NCBI GenBank assembly: GCA_965153355.1
Contig: OZ231126.1
Span: 39,804,001 to 39,868,000 of the forward strand
Reading direction: 5' to 3'
Source of the DNA: Flaccisagitta enflata
Lineage: Eukaryota
Length of the DNA stretch: 64,000 bases
Part shown: piece after piece, positions 52,101 through 64,000 of the stretch
Position numbering within the stretch: the first letter of the stretch is position 1
Layout: every line of letters starts with the position of its first letter
Notes under the pieces: model-generated
Told to the model about the DNA's origin: nothing
Seen by the model: the letters and a program-made list of their open reading frames with translations, nothing else
Databases searched by the model: none
Program-made: the position numbers and the translations under genes

Positions 52101-55100
52101 TATTTTAGAGTTACAGTAGATGTCGTCTAGACTTGGAAATACGGGGGAGCTCATAACCTGAGCATCAGTACAGTGAGGGGACTGATATTTTGCTGGTGTA
52201 ATGTATAGACCCTAAGGGGTTGACAATGGGGTATGGCATCCCCCTAGGGCTTACCATACAAAAAAAACTTTTAGTATAAAACTTAAGGTTCAATCACTTT
52301 TATAGCAGAATTTCAGCTTCATCTATTTTTTTAAATTGCAAAACCAACCTGGGATTCGAACCTGGAACCTTTAAAGAAATGAACTGATCAAGACAAATCT
52401 GAAGCCATATGAGTTAACCACTAGACCAATTCTGACAACTGTTTTCAGGGAGCGAATTTGATTTAGTATATTCAAGAGAATTTTCTATCCACAGAGCTGC
52501 CATACCCCATCGTCAACCCTATAGGACAAAAATCATTTGAAAAAGTGACCCATTTTACCCCACTTCACCCTAGTTAAGATATGAGGGCCCCCTTATTTCC
52601 AAGTATAGACGACATCTACTGTATTTCTAAAGTAATTGAGCTTCTGACATCTGCTTTCGCTCATAGAAGACATCAGGTAATTCTTTACATCACTGCAAAA
52701 GATGAAATGTCAGATTGGTAGTTTGGTAATGCTCAGCTTTTCTTTCCCCCACTTGAGCTTGTTCACCGTGTATGAGCCGAAGGTGTGACAATGCCCAATG
52801 AGCGTTTATTCATATATAGCAATCATGCGTGTGCAGTCACATGCAGCAACGTGCAAAGGCACATATGCATGCGCACAGCAACGCATATGCAGGAGTACGA
52901 ATAGAGGAAATGTTTTGGTGTCTAACCACTCCACCTTTTCCTCCTAGCTGCTGCAAATTTTTTTCTTCTTCTTCCTCTCCCATTTATTCTTTTTTTTTTC
53001 TTTTTAAGTTCGACTCTATAATCCACTTTGTCAGTCAGTCAGTCTGGCAATCTATACAAAAGGTGTTTTCTTTGTGTGTTAACAACAATTTTTGCCTCAC
53101 TTTCCTCACCCAAATGTTTAATCAACCTGTTCTGTCATTGCCCCTGCACATCCGCACGCGACTTGGAATTGGGTAGCTGCGTATCCGGCCTTGTTATCTC
53201 TCATCTTAGATATCCTTTATATTTTTCCTTTTTGTTTCTTCTCCTTTTCCTTACTCTCCTTCCCTTATTTTTCTTCTTTCTCTTCTTTCTCTTCTTTCTC
53301 TTCTTACCTTCTTCTCTCACTTCTTTCCCTTCTTCTTTTTTTTCTTTCTTCTACTTCCACTACTTTCTTATTTTTCTTCAGCGGCGCCCGTTTCGAGAAG
53401 AATCCAGATTTTAAAAGTAAATCTACCGGAAAAATTCAATTTGCATAAAGAAATCATCGTCTTTACCTTATTTGTGAGATCCCGAGCCAAAACGAGCTTG
53501 AAGGAGGATGACGAGGTAGTCGATTGCGACGATGAGGAGGACGAGGAAGAGGAGGACGAGGACGAGGAGGAAGAGGAGGAGAGGGCCGAAGAGGAAGGTA
53601 GAATAATGGGGCTTTTGAACGAGGGCCAAGTAAGTGGAACTTCCAGTCCGACGTTTGGATTCCTGTCAAAACGAATGAGGAGAATCTGAGTGCGGAACCA
53701 TAACGGAGCCTGGAGGTTGTTTTTTTAAAGCTGCGCGTACGTTACTTCATACTTTAAAACTATACATGTGATTCTAACGTGTGTTGAAGAAGGAACCATA
53801 ACAGAGCCAAGAGGCGGAAGTTGTTTTTTAGCCGGGTGCAAGTTACCTGACACTTTACCTCACTTGTGATACTAACTAATCAGTCTGAGGGGGGAACCAC
53901 AACTGAGCCTCAAGGCTGTTTTCAGTAACGCGCACGTGATTTTACACTCCAAATAGCCAGTCCAAGTAAGAAACTGTGCCCAAAGGTAGCTTGGTGCACG
54001 CGATTTTATTCTTAAAATCGTCAGGCAGAGTAAAAAAATAAAACGAAAATGGATCTCAAGGGACCAACAAATATGATCCATTATTGGCGGATTTCTGTTA
54101 TCGCCTATACTACTCGACTCAAAAAAAAAGCCGCACCCTAATTTGAGTTGATGTATAAAAAAAAAATTATTTGAACATTTCTTTGTTAAAGTGATTTGAA
54201 AGATTTTTGAATTTTCTTTCATTCTAGACCAATCCCAGATCTGTATCTCAAACGGTTTAGGAGCTATAGCTCTGCAAAAAAAAGCACTATTTTGGTAAAA
54301 TGCACTTTTTTCATAGGGATTGCGAAACTGAAATATGCAACATTTTTACTCAAACAATTGCTATTTCTAAACGAAAAAAGATAGCAATACCAGATTGGCG
54401 CCAAATGAAAGATCTTTTCAAGAGCTTTCTAATGGTCTAAGATTTTGATTCGTTTTTTTGAAATTTAGTATGACAATTTGTCATTTAAAAGTGCGGCTTT
54501 TTTATTGAGTCGAGTAGTATATATAAAAACAAGTGACGCGGGGGTCACAATATCGTTGCGGACGGGTGGGCAGGGGCAGCCAACCCCCAGCCTCGCCCAA
54601 ACCCCCTTCCCACACACTAACATACACCCACACACATTCAATGACAGCTGCAGCATCGTATAATCGCATTTACCCACTTTTCGACTCGTGCTAACGGACG
54701 GCCGGACGTACGGACGGACGGACGGACGGACGGACGGACAAAGCCTCTTATAGAGTTGCGTGTCCGCAACTAGAAAAAGCAAGTGACATGAAAGGACCTC
54801 TTTCATAACCGTTATAGACGGTCCGTTTTAGTGGGGTGCAACTGTTTATGCATAACTGCATTTGTGAGTCTTGACTGTACACACCTCGAAAGACATCGGA
54901 AGAAGCCTCATGAAAACACCATGACTTGAGACTTTGCATGGTGGTCCCTAATACTATGGGGCAGGCCGGAAAAATGCGCGCAAAAAAATTCCTATTGTAG
55001 GAAGCCGGCAAGTGCCAATTGTATTCAGGAATAAACAAACACTTCTCTGTTTCATTTTTGCTTTAAGTTACGTGCTTAACTTGGCTTGTTTTTTCATAGA

Positions 55101-55455
55101 GACACTGTAAGTTGTCCTTGACTTGTCCTTAACTTGTCCAAGACTCTTCTTACACTTGTCCTAAACTTGTCCTTGACTTGTCCTAAACTTGTCCTTGACT
55201 TGCCCAAGACTAGTCCTAGAGTTGTCCTCAAGTTGTAAAGTTATATTGAAATAGTGGTTAAACAGATCATCATCATCATCATCATCATCACCATCATCGT
55301 AGTCGTCGTCGTCGTCGACATTGTCGTCGTCGTCGTCGTCGTCGTCATCGTCGTCGTCAACAAGAACTGCGGCCTTGGGTGCTGCAGCTCGACCTATTCT
55401 TGCTTCGTTTGCGACGAGGAAGCGATGAACCAGGCGTCGAACGCAGCTTTGCGGA

Positions 55456-55490
<35 letters not shown>

Positions 55491-58400
55491 TGTGTGTGTG
55501 TGTAATTTCATGTGAGTGTGCGTATTACTGGGGCGATATTGTAACCCCATGTTACATGTTTACTCGTTTTCAGCAGTCGCGTGATACAGATTGGGTTACT
55601 GTTGAACTTCTGAAAATGTACTGTGGTTTTAATAAATAGACAAATGGAGACAGTCCGACGGACTGACAAACAATTGGAGACAAAATTGTCATCGGACAGA
55701 CGGAAAAAAAATTCAGACAGACAACAGGACATAGGAATGAGTATTCCTCAATCTTAAGGATAGCCGGGTTTGATCCGAGCGTGCATGTAGAAAAGAAAAA
55801 AAAGATTTAACTCGATCGACATTGTGTATTGTTCACATGAAAAAAGAAGCCGATGAAAACAAACAAGGCCAGATACAAGGCTACCCCAGTTGCGTGTGGG
55901 TGGGCAGGAGCAGTGCTGGAGAAGGTCACTAGGGCATTAGGGCAGGAGCAGTAAACTAACAAATGCCAATAAAGTGTAAATGGGATCAACCAACTGACTG
56001 ACCAACCGACCAACCATCCAACTGACCGACCGACCAACTGACCAACCAGTAGTCGCATAGCACGTGACTAAGAGGGCGTTTCTAGTCAGAGACAATCGCG
56101 TTTTTAACGGGCCACTAAGTCACTCGCTTTGTTCGTTTGCTTGCACCACTCACTCCACTCACTCGCTACGCAGCTTTGCTTGCTCGCTCAGTTCACAGGC
56201 ACGCTCATTCACTTCACTCACTCCCTCAATGGACAGTAAAATTCATTTATATGTGTTCACACTGCGAACTCGTTTCGCGGGAACAAACATTTTTTTCAAC
56301 TTCAACTTAAAATACGCCCTATATTAGGACATCCCAGACAGGATGCAGTATCATAAAAGTATAAAAGTGGTTTCTCAAACTGACCATCGACATCCTCTAG
56401 GACCAAAATGGTTGTTGTTTCATGCTTTCTTTGAAAAATGTGCAACGGGTGCCCATTAATAGATCGCTTGTTGTGGAGCCGAAAATTGTCAAAATTGCAA
56501 AAAAAAACGCCAAAATTGACTACGTTCACTATATCTTAATCTCAATTACCCCAGTCCTATGGCAGTTATGCTAGCAAGCAGAGCTTCATTAACAGATGAA
56601 CTTTCAAGAAAAACAAAAATTTCAGTTCTGTGCATTAAAGTACACTTGATTATATCACTATTGGTGCAGCTAAAAAATGGAAAATGATGAAAATTGAGTG
56701 GTTCATTCCTTCTAAACCGTATCAATCGTCCTATCCTCACTTACCCCATTTACTTGACTATTGTGTGAGCTGCAGAGGCTTTACAACCTTAAAAAACATG
56801 TCAAGTCAACCATGAATTAAAACTATGCCTTTTTTTGTCCATTTAGCCATTTCTGGTTGCTTTGTCTGTCCATGGGACCGAGGGTTCTTGAGCACATGTC
56901 CAATAAGTCGCTCACACGTCATATTGTTAGCGGTGCCTGATGCCCGATTTATTCTCATTATTATCTCAGGTTATCCAGATTAATGGGGCAGTGGCCTTCT
57001 AGGGGGCGATGACCTATGATTCCATGTTCAAGGGGGCTGATTTGAGAACTGAGGAGGATGGCTTGAGGCATGAGGAAGCTGGCCTGAGGCTTGAGAGAAG
57101 GGCTAATCTAAGGCTTGAAAAGGGCTTATCTGAGGCATGGAATAGCATTTTTGAGACCTGGGATGCTCAATTCAAGGCATGGGAGGGCTAATGTGAAGCT
57201 TGGGAGGGTCAATTTGAGGCCTAAGAGGGCTTATTTGAAGCCTGGGATGGCTGAGTTGCAGCCTGAGAAGGTAAAATTTGAGGCTCAGAGGGACAATTTA
57301 TGGCCTGAAAGAGCTATTTTTGATTTAGGACGGCTAATTAGAGGCCTGGGAGGATCAATTTAAGGCCTAAAAGTGATAGTTTGAGGCTTGGGAGGGTCAA
57401 TTTGAGGCCTGAGAAAGCTTATTTAAGGCCTTTAATGGCTGATTTGAGACCTTGGATAGCAAATTTGAGGCTTAAGAGGGTCAATGTTAGGTCTGAGAGG
57501 GCTTGGGAGGGCCAATTTCATGCCTGAGAAGATTTATTGGCTTTGGAGGGGGCGGAAGATGGAGAGACAGAAAAAATTTCCCTGTATGAAATCATTGATC
57601 ATTGGCCGCTGCCAAAAAATTAGAAAATCAAGCGTTTTAGATGCTTTTGGGGCACATCCCCAATGGGCCAATGTCCATCTATTTGTACATCCCCCCAGGC
57701 CAGAAGCCCCAATCCAGCCTATCAAGACCATGTATCTAACAAATGGAGCCTAGAATCAGCTCTCTCAGGTATGAAACCAGCCCTCCCAGACCTGAAATCA
57801 GCTCTCTCAGGTTGAATATCAGCCCTCACAGGCTTAAAATCAGTCCCTTTCAGACTGATATCAGACTTCAAAGAGATTGCTCAGGTCCTCTGTTACCGCT
57901 TCCCTTAAAGTATAAAAATTCACCCATGCTCTGCAGGACATCGGTTCTTTGGGGTTGCTGCCCTGCTCTCACCCAATTACCTTCAAAGTGCAATAGAGCA
58001 GGGCATTGGGTACCACTGACCATATGATATCCTTGGATGACTTGTTATGTTTGTCTGTAGAGGGGGTGACATGGGGTGAAAAGGGAGATTGAACGCCCCT
58101 GCCTACCCATCTGCTACAACATTGTAACCCGTGCTACTTGTTCATCCTTTTTTGGGCAGCGGCCCCACATAACAGGGGAGGATGACCTATGATTCCACAC
58201 AAGGCGATTTTCTCCGGTGTATGTCCCCCCCAAATCAGGCCTCTCAGACCCCAAATTGGCCCTCTTGGACCCAAGATCAGATCAGATCAGGTCTCTCAGA
58301 CCCCAAATCTGGCCTCTCAGACTCATAGTCAGGCCTCTCAGACCCCACATCAGGCCTCTCAGACCACAAATCAGGTCTCTCAGACCCCTAATCAGGCCTC

Positions 58401-60367
58401 TCAGATCCCAAATTGGCCCTCTTGGACCCCAAATCAGGCCTGCAAGATCCCAAATCAGGCCTCTCAGAACCCAGATCAGGTCTCTCAGATACCACAGCAG
58501 GCCTCTCAGACTTGTAGTCAGGTCTCTCAGACCCCAAATCAGGCCTCTCAGACCACAAATAAAGCCTCTCAGACCCAAAATCAAGCCCCCCAGATCCAAA
58601 TTCAGGCCTTCCAGACCCTCATTCAGGTCTCTCAGACTCAACTCAGACCCCCCAGACACGCCTTTGAAACCCAAGATTAACACTAGCAGACCCTAACTTG
58701 GAAAATAGCATTGTGTAGGTAAAATAGCATTGTATAGGTTGTCTGCCCCTCCGGGGCCACTGCCCCTCACCATCACATCCTCATATAAACCAACTTGGGG
58801 ACATCGGGTACCGCTGACTATGTGACGCTTTAGCGACTATAAAGGTCATAAAGCCGCTGCAGCTCACACAATTTAGTCAAATGCATGGAGTGATATGGTC
58901 AAGAAACAAGGCCGGATACACCGCCACCCAAGTTGTGTGCGGGTGGGCAGGGGCAATGATGAAATAGACCAACCAAGCTGTTGGGCAGGAGTAGTAACCC
59001 CAAAACTGCCTATAAACGCCAAAAAAGCAAAGTGTTACTGACCGATTGACTGACTGACAGAGTGGGTTGTAGAGTCGCGTACACGCGACTAAAAATGATA
59101 TACGCTTATTTTTTCGATTTTTGCTTTTTTTGAGTTTTTTGCACTTTTTACTGCACCAATAGTGATGTAATCAAGTGTACCTGAGGCACAGAACTAAAAT
59201 TCTTGTTGTCCTTGCATGTTGTTAAGTCAGAGGAACTGTACCTGTAGGACTAGGGTAATTGAGATTAACAAAAGGTGAAAAAAGCTAATTTTGGCGTTTT
59301 TTATGATTTTCACGTTTTTCGCGTTTTTCGCCCCCTTAACAAGCGATCTATAAGAGGGCACCCGTTGCACATTTTTCAAAAAAATCGCAAAACAACAATC
59401 ATTTTGGTCCAAGAGGATGTTGATGGTCCCAAAATATCACCACTTTTGATAGATTTTAGTAGTAACCTCCAGAACCAGCCGGTCTGGGATATCCTACCTA
59501 TATATAGGACTTGGAGCAAGTAAAGGGAAAAAAGTTTATTCAGTCACTTTTTGATCAATTTTTCGCATCAGGATATTTACTATGAACCAAAAAAATGTTT
59601 TCACATGCTTCACAGAAGCATATAGCACACCCCCCAAAAAAATAGGTCCGGCGTTAGCCGTTTTATAGCGAAGGGAACAGTCTATACAATGAGGAACGCC
59701 AGGTAATTGTAAAATGTGCGTGAGAATGATTTTAAAAGACCATTTTTCTGTTGCTGTCAGCGATACGATTTTGGAGTTTTGATCCATTTTTTCCCTGAAA
59801 TGTGTTAATTATGTTAATAGTTGCCTGTGATAATTTTTTCCACCTTAATATATGCAATTTTGTCACCTTACGAAAAAAACACCTGAAGGAGGTCAAGTTA
59901 CAAAAGAAAATCATAAAATCGTAGTATGCAACTTATTATTTTTGTTTACGATACTTCCCGTCAGAGTTAAGCTATGAAATTTTAACTGGTGTTAGGGAAC
60001 ATGCTAAACTACTTGCGTGTCAATTTTCATGATCCTAGGCAAATTTTAAGTATCGCTTTTCCTCCTTTGATTCCAAAATCCATGCTAAAAAGGAGTTTTC
60101 GAAAAAAAGATTTTTCATCTTGAAAATAACAAATCTGTAAAACGGTCAAACTTTTTGCATTTTTAAAAACATACGACGCAAGATATACTAATTTTTAAGC
60201 GTCGTATGTTTTTGTTTTTTTCATTTTTGCGTTTTCTATGCAAATTTGTTATTTTCAGTGAGCATGAGTTGGAGTGATTTTTTGCTCCTTCCAGAAAGCG
60301 AGCTGCTGGTGAAATGGCGCGTGTGGTGGAGGGATATCTGATGGACATTGAGTCTCAATTTACATAA
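46145..60367 (+). CDS. Fragmentary plus-strand multi-exon gene of unknown function (weak C2-domain-like fragments)
   Basis: Candidate exons at 46145-~46295 (RLYDRT...LKFQLYVL), 46946-47026, ~50991-51032 (KFIWGNTIYIR), 53382-53629 and terminal 60295-60367 (KRAAGEMARVVEGYLMDIESQFT*). The full chain could not be closed. Confidence 0.35.
49495..50270. repeat. (GAAT)n/(GAATAT)n microsatellite (one of many GA, CA, CAA, AATG and GAAA tracts)
   Basis: Direct reading; other long tracts include (CAA)n at 22581-22728 and 27693-27976. Confidence 0.95.
52114..52621. mobile_element. TA-flanked MITE related to 1281-1813
   Basis: TA|CAGTAGATGTCGTCTAGACTTGGAAATA...TATTTCCAAGTATAGACGACATCTACTG|TA. Confidence 0.85.
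52342..52435 (-). pseudogene. Degenerate tRNA-derived sequence inside the MITE
   Basis: A box TGGTCTAGTGG, B box GGTTCGAATCC, CT-TCA-G at the anticodon position; stems pair poorly. Confidence 0.5.
53382..53629 (+). CDS. Exon with acidic tract (APVSRRIQILKVNLP...DEEDEEEE...NEGQ)
   Basis: Long polypyrimidine acceptor ttcag|, donor |gtaagt, open frame. Confidence 0.6.
54110..54517. mobile_element. TA-flanked MITE (CTACTCGA family)
   Basis: TA|CTACTCGACTCAAAAAA...TTTATTGAGTCGAGTAG|TA; alignable along its length to 28484-28885. Confidence 0.85.
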
Positions 60368-60532
60368 TCAAGCTGTGTGTTGTCGGCATAAATGCAAATC
60401 TATCATTTTTGCTTGTTCGAATACATGCTTGCTTGTTTTTGTGCTTACATGCTTGTAAACAACTGTAAGAAATGACTAAAAATGAAGCGAAAAAGAAAGA
60501 AAAAGACGAGTACAAAATAGTTAAAGAAATGG

Positions 60533-60575
<43 letters not shown>

Positions 60576-60606
60576 ATGAAAGAAAGAAAGAAAGAAAAAA
60601 AGAAAG

Positions 60607-60645
<39 letters not shown>

Positions 60646-61064
60646 ATGAAAGAATGAAAGAATGAAAGAATGAAAGAAAGAAAGAAAGAAAGAAAGAGAG
60701 AAAGAAAGATATTAGACAAAAAGAAAGAGAGAAAGAATGAAAGCATTGAAACAAGTAATGGGTGGGCAGAGGCGTCCAACCTCTATTCACACCCCCCTCC
60801 CCACACACATGCAAGCATCAGATCACTTTTTGACGCGCGTCCACAGACTAATGGTATGACTGATGGACAGACGGACGGATGGACAGTCAGACAGAGCCTC
60901 TAATAGAGTCGTGGGTCCGCAACTAAGAAAGAAAGAAATATAGTAAGAAAGAAAGAAAGAAAGAAAGAAAGAAAAACAAAAAGATAAATAACAAGAACAA
61001 AATTCAACCTATATATGCATCCTTTGCTTTTCCTTCCTGTGACTGAGCTTGTGATCGCACGCGC

Positions 61065-61153
<89 letters not shown>

Positions 61154-61439
61154 CTTGCTGGATCCTGCTGGATTTTTTGCAAACAATAAAAAAAAACGCC
61201 ATGGACGGAGCGACAGACTGACAGATGGATGTACGGACAGACCGACGGATGGAAAAAGCCTCTACAAGAGATGCGGATCTAAAAAAACTAAGCGATGGGT
61301 AGAAAAAAAGGGTTAAAAAAAAGAGGGAATGAAAGAAAGAAAGAGAAAACGAAGAAAGAATGAAAGAGAAAGAAAGAAAAAGAAAAAAAAAAGAAAGAAA
61401 CGAAGAGAGAATATATTGAGACAAATGAATGAATAAATA

Positions 61440-61598
61440 AAGGTGTGTCTGCATTAATCAGCTTATTCGGATATTTTATTTGGATATTAACATCCGGATA
61501 TTTCATATAGTAAATTTTGTTAATTCACTATGTAGAATATCCGGATATTGATATCCAGATAAGATATCCAAATAAGATGATGAATGCAGACGCACCTT
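61440..61598. mobile_element. Small hairpin MITE
   Basis: AAGGTGTGTCTGCATT / AATGCAGACGCACCTT ends; internal GGATAT/ATATCC repeats. Confidence 0.65.
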
Positions 61599-61721
61599 GA
61601 ATAAGTCAGTAAGTGATTGTGGAGGAGTAAAAGAAAGGAACAAAATTAAAAGATTTTTCTTGTTTCAGATATTGCCACCGGTCAGGCAAAACAAAGTAGT
61701 TTATTTGTTTAAAATCTGAAA

Positions 61722-62676
61722 CAGTGGTCCCAGCTGACTTTTGGAGCTACTATCTAAGCTGCTGGCTCCCACTATCTAGATAGTAGCTAAAAAATTTTTC
61801 TTGCTATCAAAATTACTATTGGGATATAAAGATGGTAGTATTGCCTACTAATTGCATACATATAATATGTATAGGGCAATGTAACTATATTAGTTACCAT
61901 CTCCAAGATATTCTTAAGGGGACCTAGTGATAAAGAATGTTCTCCTTAAATTTTTTTTCAATAGATTTTTTTTCACAAAAATTTTTTTCACTAATATCTT
62001 TTTTTTGTAAAATATTTTTTCGCAAATTTTTTTTTGCTGATTTGTTTTGCTTAATTTTTTTTCTTAATTTTTTTTTCTTTAATTTTTATTCGCAAAATTG
62101 TTTTTCACTAAATTTTTTTTTGCTCCAGTTCTTTTTGCTAAATCTTTTTTTTCTAAATTTTGTTTCACTAAATTTTTTTTCAGTAATTTTTTTTTTAAAT
62201 TCTTTTTTCACTAAATTTGTTTGCTGATTTTTTATCTCATTTTTAAAAAACTTTCTTTAGATTTTTAGTGAAAAAAAGGTATATTTTATAATACTACAAA
62301 ACATTTTGCTAACATTATTTTTCATAACTCATCACTATGTCCTCTTAGATCAATTGATATCCATTCCTGGATTTTTTTTTCCCTGAAGCAATGTTTTCCA
62401 AATTTACAATATAATATAGAGTTAAGCTTGTCAAATTTTTACAACAGCCTGCTCTTTTTTTTTGCCTTAAAATTTTATTGATTTTTACCATTTTCCTCTT
62501 GATCAATAACTAAAAATATATCAAAATATTTAAAATTTGCTAGTAGTTGGCACTATCTAAAAAAATTTCATTTAGTATCTAAATTAGAAGCTATCATCTA
62601 AATCAAATTTTTACTATCTAAGGAACACTTGTTACTATCTAGATCTAGCTACTAACTATCCAACTTGGGACCATTG
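61722..62676. mobile_element. Non-autonomous hAT element
   Basis: TIR CAGTGGTCCCA / TGGGACCATTG; 8-bp TSD ATCTGAAA/ATCTGACA; subterminal CTATCTA motifs. Confidence 0.8.
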
Positions 62677-63100
62677 ATCTGACACACTAAGTTGCTCGGT
62701 TTTGGGCCTCGTGAGTTTGTATGAAAGCATAGCTCATAGGCCGTTTTGGGGCCGCTGCTCAAAAATTATCTAAGACGGTGATTTTCTCCACTTTTCAACT
62801 AGAGCATAACCAACAGACCGACAAACGGACCGACAAAGCCTATAAACCGTGATGAGCGTCGTCAATTGCGAGTTGCATACAATTCCTTGTTCCGCAAGAT
62901 ATTCAACTATCGTTGGTCAGAAAGCGTGTCAGCTCTGCGAGCCATTTTAGAGCGGCCAACTTGGGAGCAACTTGCTGAAAAAGACGCTCAAGTTTTCTGA
63001 ATCGCATTCTTAAGGCCAGTCCAACAACGCTGTCTCACCAATATGATTTTCTGATGTCAATTTTCGGGATTTGCATTGAATTTCCTCCTTATCCGGTTTA

Positions 63101-63607
63101 CACTCTTTTTTTTTTTTATAAGAACATCATTTTTTTTTCGAAGGCTTGATATACTTATTTTCAAGACTAAATAAAACCTTTAATGTTCTTAGAGCGTTCT
63201 TAATTTTGAATACGATATAAACTATAAGAAACCTTATAATATACTAATTCTTAATTAAAGTAAATATATTTCAATTAAATACTGTTAAAATAAATGCTAA
63301 TCATTAAAATTTAGAGATATTTTCATGATCTTTATTTAAAAATCATAAGATATCATATCAATTATACTAAAATTCAAATGTTTTTCTAATGTTAGAGATA
63401 TTTTCATGATCTTTATTTAAAAATCATAAGATATCATATCAATTATACTAAAATTCAAATGTTTTTCTAATGTTTGAGATATTTTCATGATCTTTATTTA
63501 AAAATCATAAGATATCATTCAATTATACTAAAATTCAAATGTTCTTAATTTTTGAGCTTTTTCATGCCTTTATTTATAAACTAGGTTCTTATAAAAAAAA
63601 AAGAGTG
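63101..63607. mobile_element. TA-flanked MITE with an internal ~81-bp tandem triplication
   Basis: TA|CACTCTTTT...TATAAGAAC / GTTCTTATAAAA...GAGTG|TA; tandem units at 63312-63545. Confidence 0.8.
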
Positions 63608-64000
63608 TACATCCTAGTCCAACCTCATACAAACGTTTAGTGGAGCGTCGACCACTATAACAAGGCCGGATACACGGCTACCAGTTGCGGACAAGTGGGC
63701 AGGGGCGGAAATGCGCGTTTTCCCACTGATCGACTCGATCATTACGGACCAACGGACGGACCAACGGACGGACCAACGGACAAAGCCTCTTATAGATGCG
63801 CGTCCGCAACTTAAAACGCAGTACATTTATTTTTTCTCTCTCTTTTTTTGTCTTATCTAGAAACCGCTAGTTTTGTTAGATGCGTCCTCGCATCTCTATA
63901 AGAGGGTCTGTCCGTCCGTCCGTCCGTCCGTCCGTCCGTCCGTCGGTCGGTCCGTCGGTCCGTCCGTCCGTCCGTTACGCTTGTGCAAAAACCGCGTTTC

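Larger units (their letters stand above)
51695..52770. mobile_element. Mariner-type MITE with a nested second MITE
   Basis: TA|CAGGGTGAACAACCTCAAGTGGGG...CCCCACTTGAGCTTGTTCACCGTG|TA. Confidence 0.75.

Noticed and set aside
46138-53685. Minus-strand exon chain (e.g. TQVTADYLKTLALWNQLIPNL, superficially like an esterase C-terminus)
   Set aside because: The frames could not be closed without stops. Plus-strand splice signals (53382-53629, 60295) are stronger. The strand is not fully resolved.
58189-58696. QASQTPN-repeat ORFs (also LASETQI at 38439)
   Set aside because: 21-bp tandem repeats inside HINE-like elements, open in several frames.

Overview
Repeat-rich animal (invertebrate-type) genomic DNA with GT-AG introns, many microsatellites and dense non-autonomous DNA transposons. 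I assembled three spliced genes by hand, with consistent intron phases. (1) A complete 6-exon acyl-CoA delta-9 desaturase (minus, 12888-6179, ~353 aa). (2) A 19-exon cholinesterase-like adhesion molecule (neuroligin-like; minus, 44404-17541; signal-peptide exon not found) with a non-catalytic GAEAG elbow, a Ser-rich insertion, a TM helix, and a long tail ending in ETKI that lies behind an in-frame TGA. (3) A 4-exon signal peptide-VWA-TM gene (plus, 29431-31606) nested antisense in an intron of gene 2. A fragmentary plus-strand gene (~46.1-60.4 kb) and a minus-strand coiled-coil ORF (571-1223) have weaker support. The most unusual pattern is a recurring 'splice-donor echo': in at least 8 introns of 3 genes, the exon 3' end plus its GT donor is re-copied in tandem into the intron, usually with variable decay. 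Some copies create in-frame alternative donors. All gene models are manual and lack transcript evidence.
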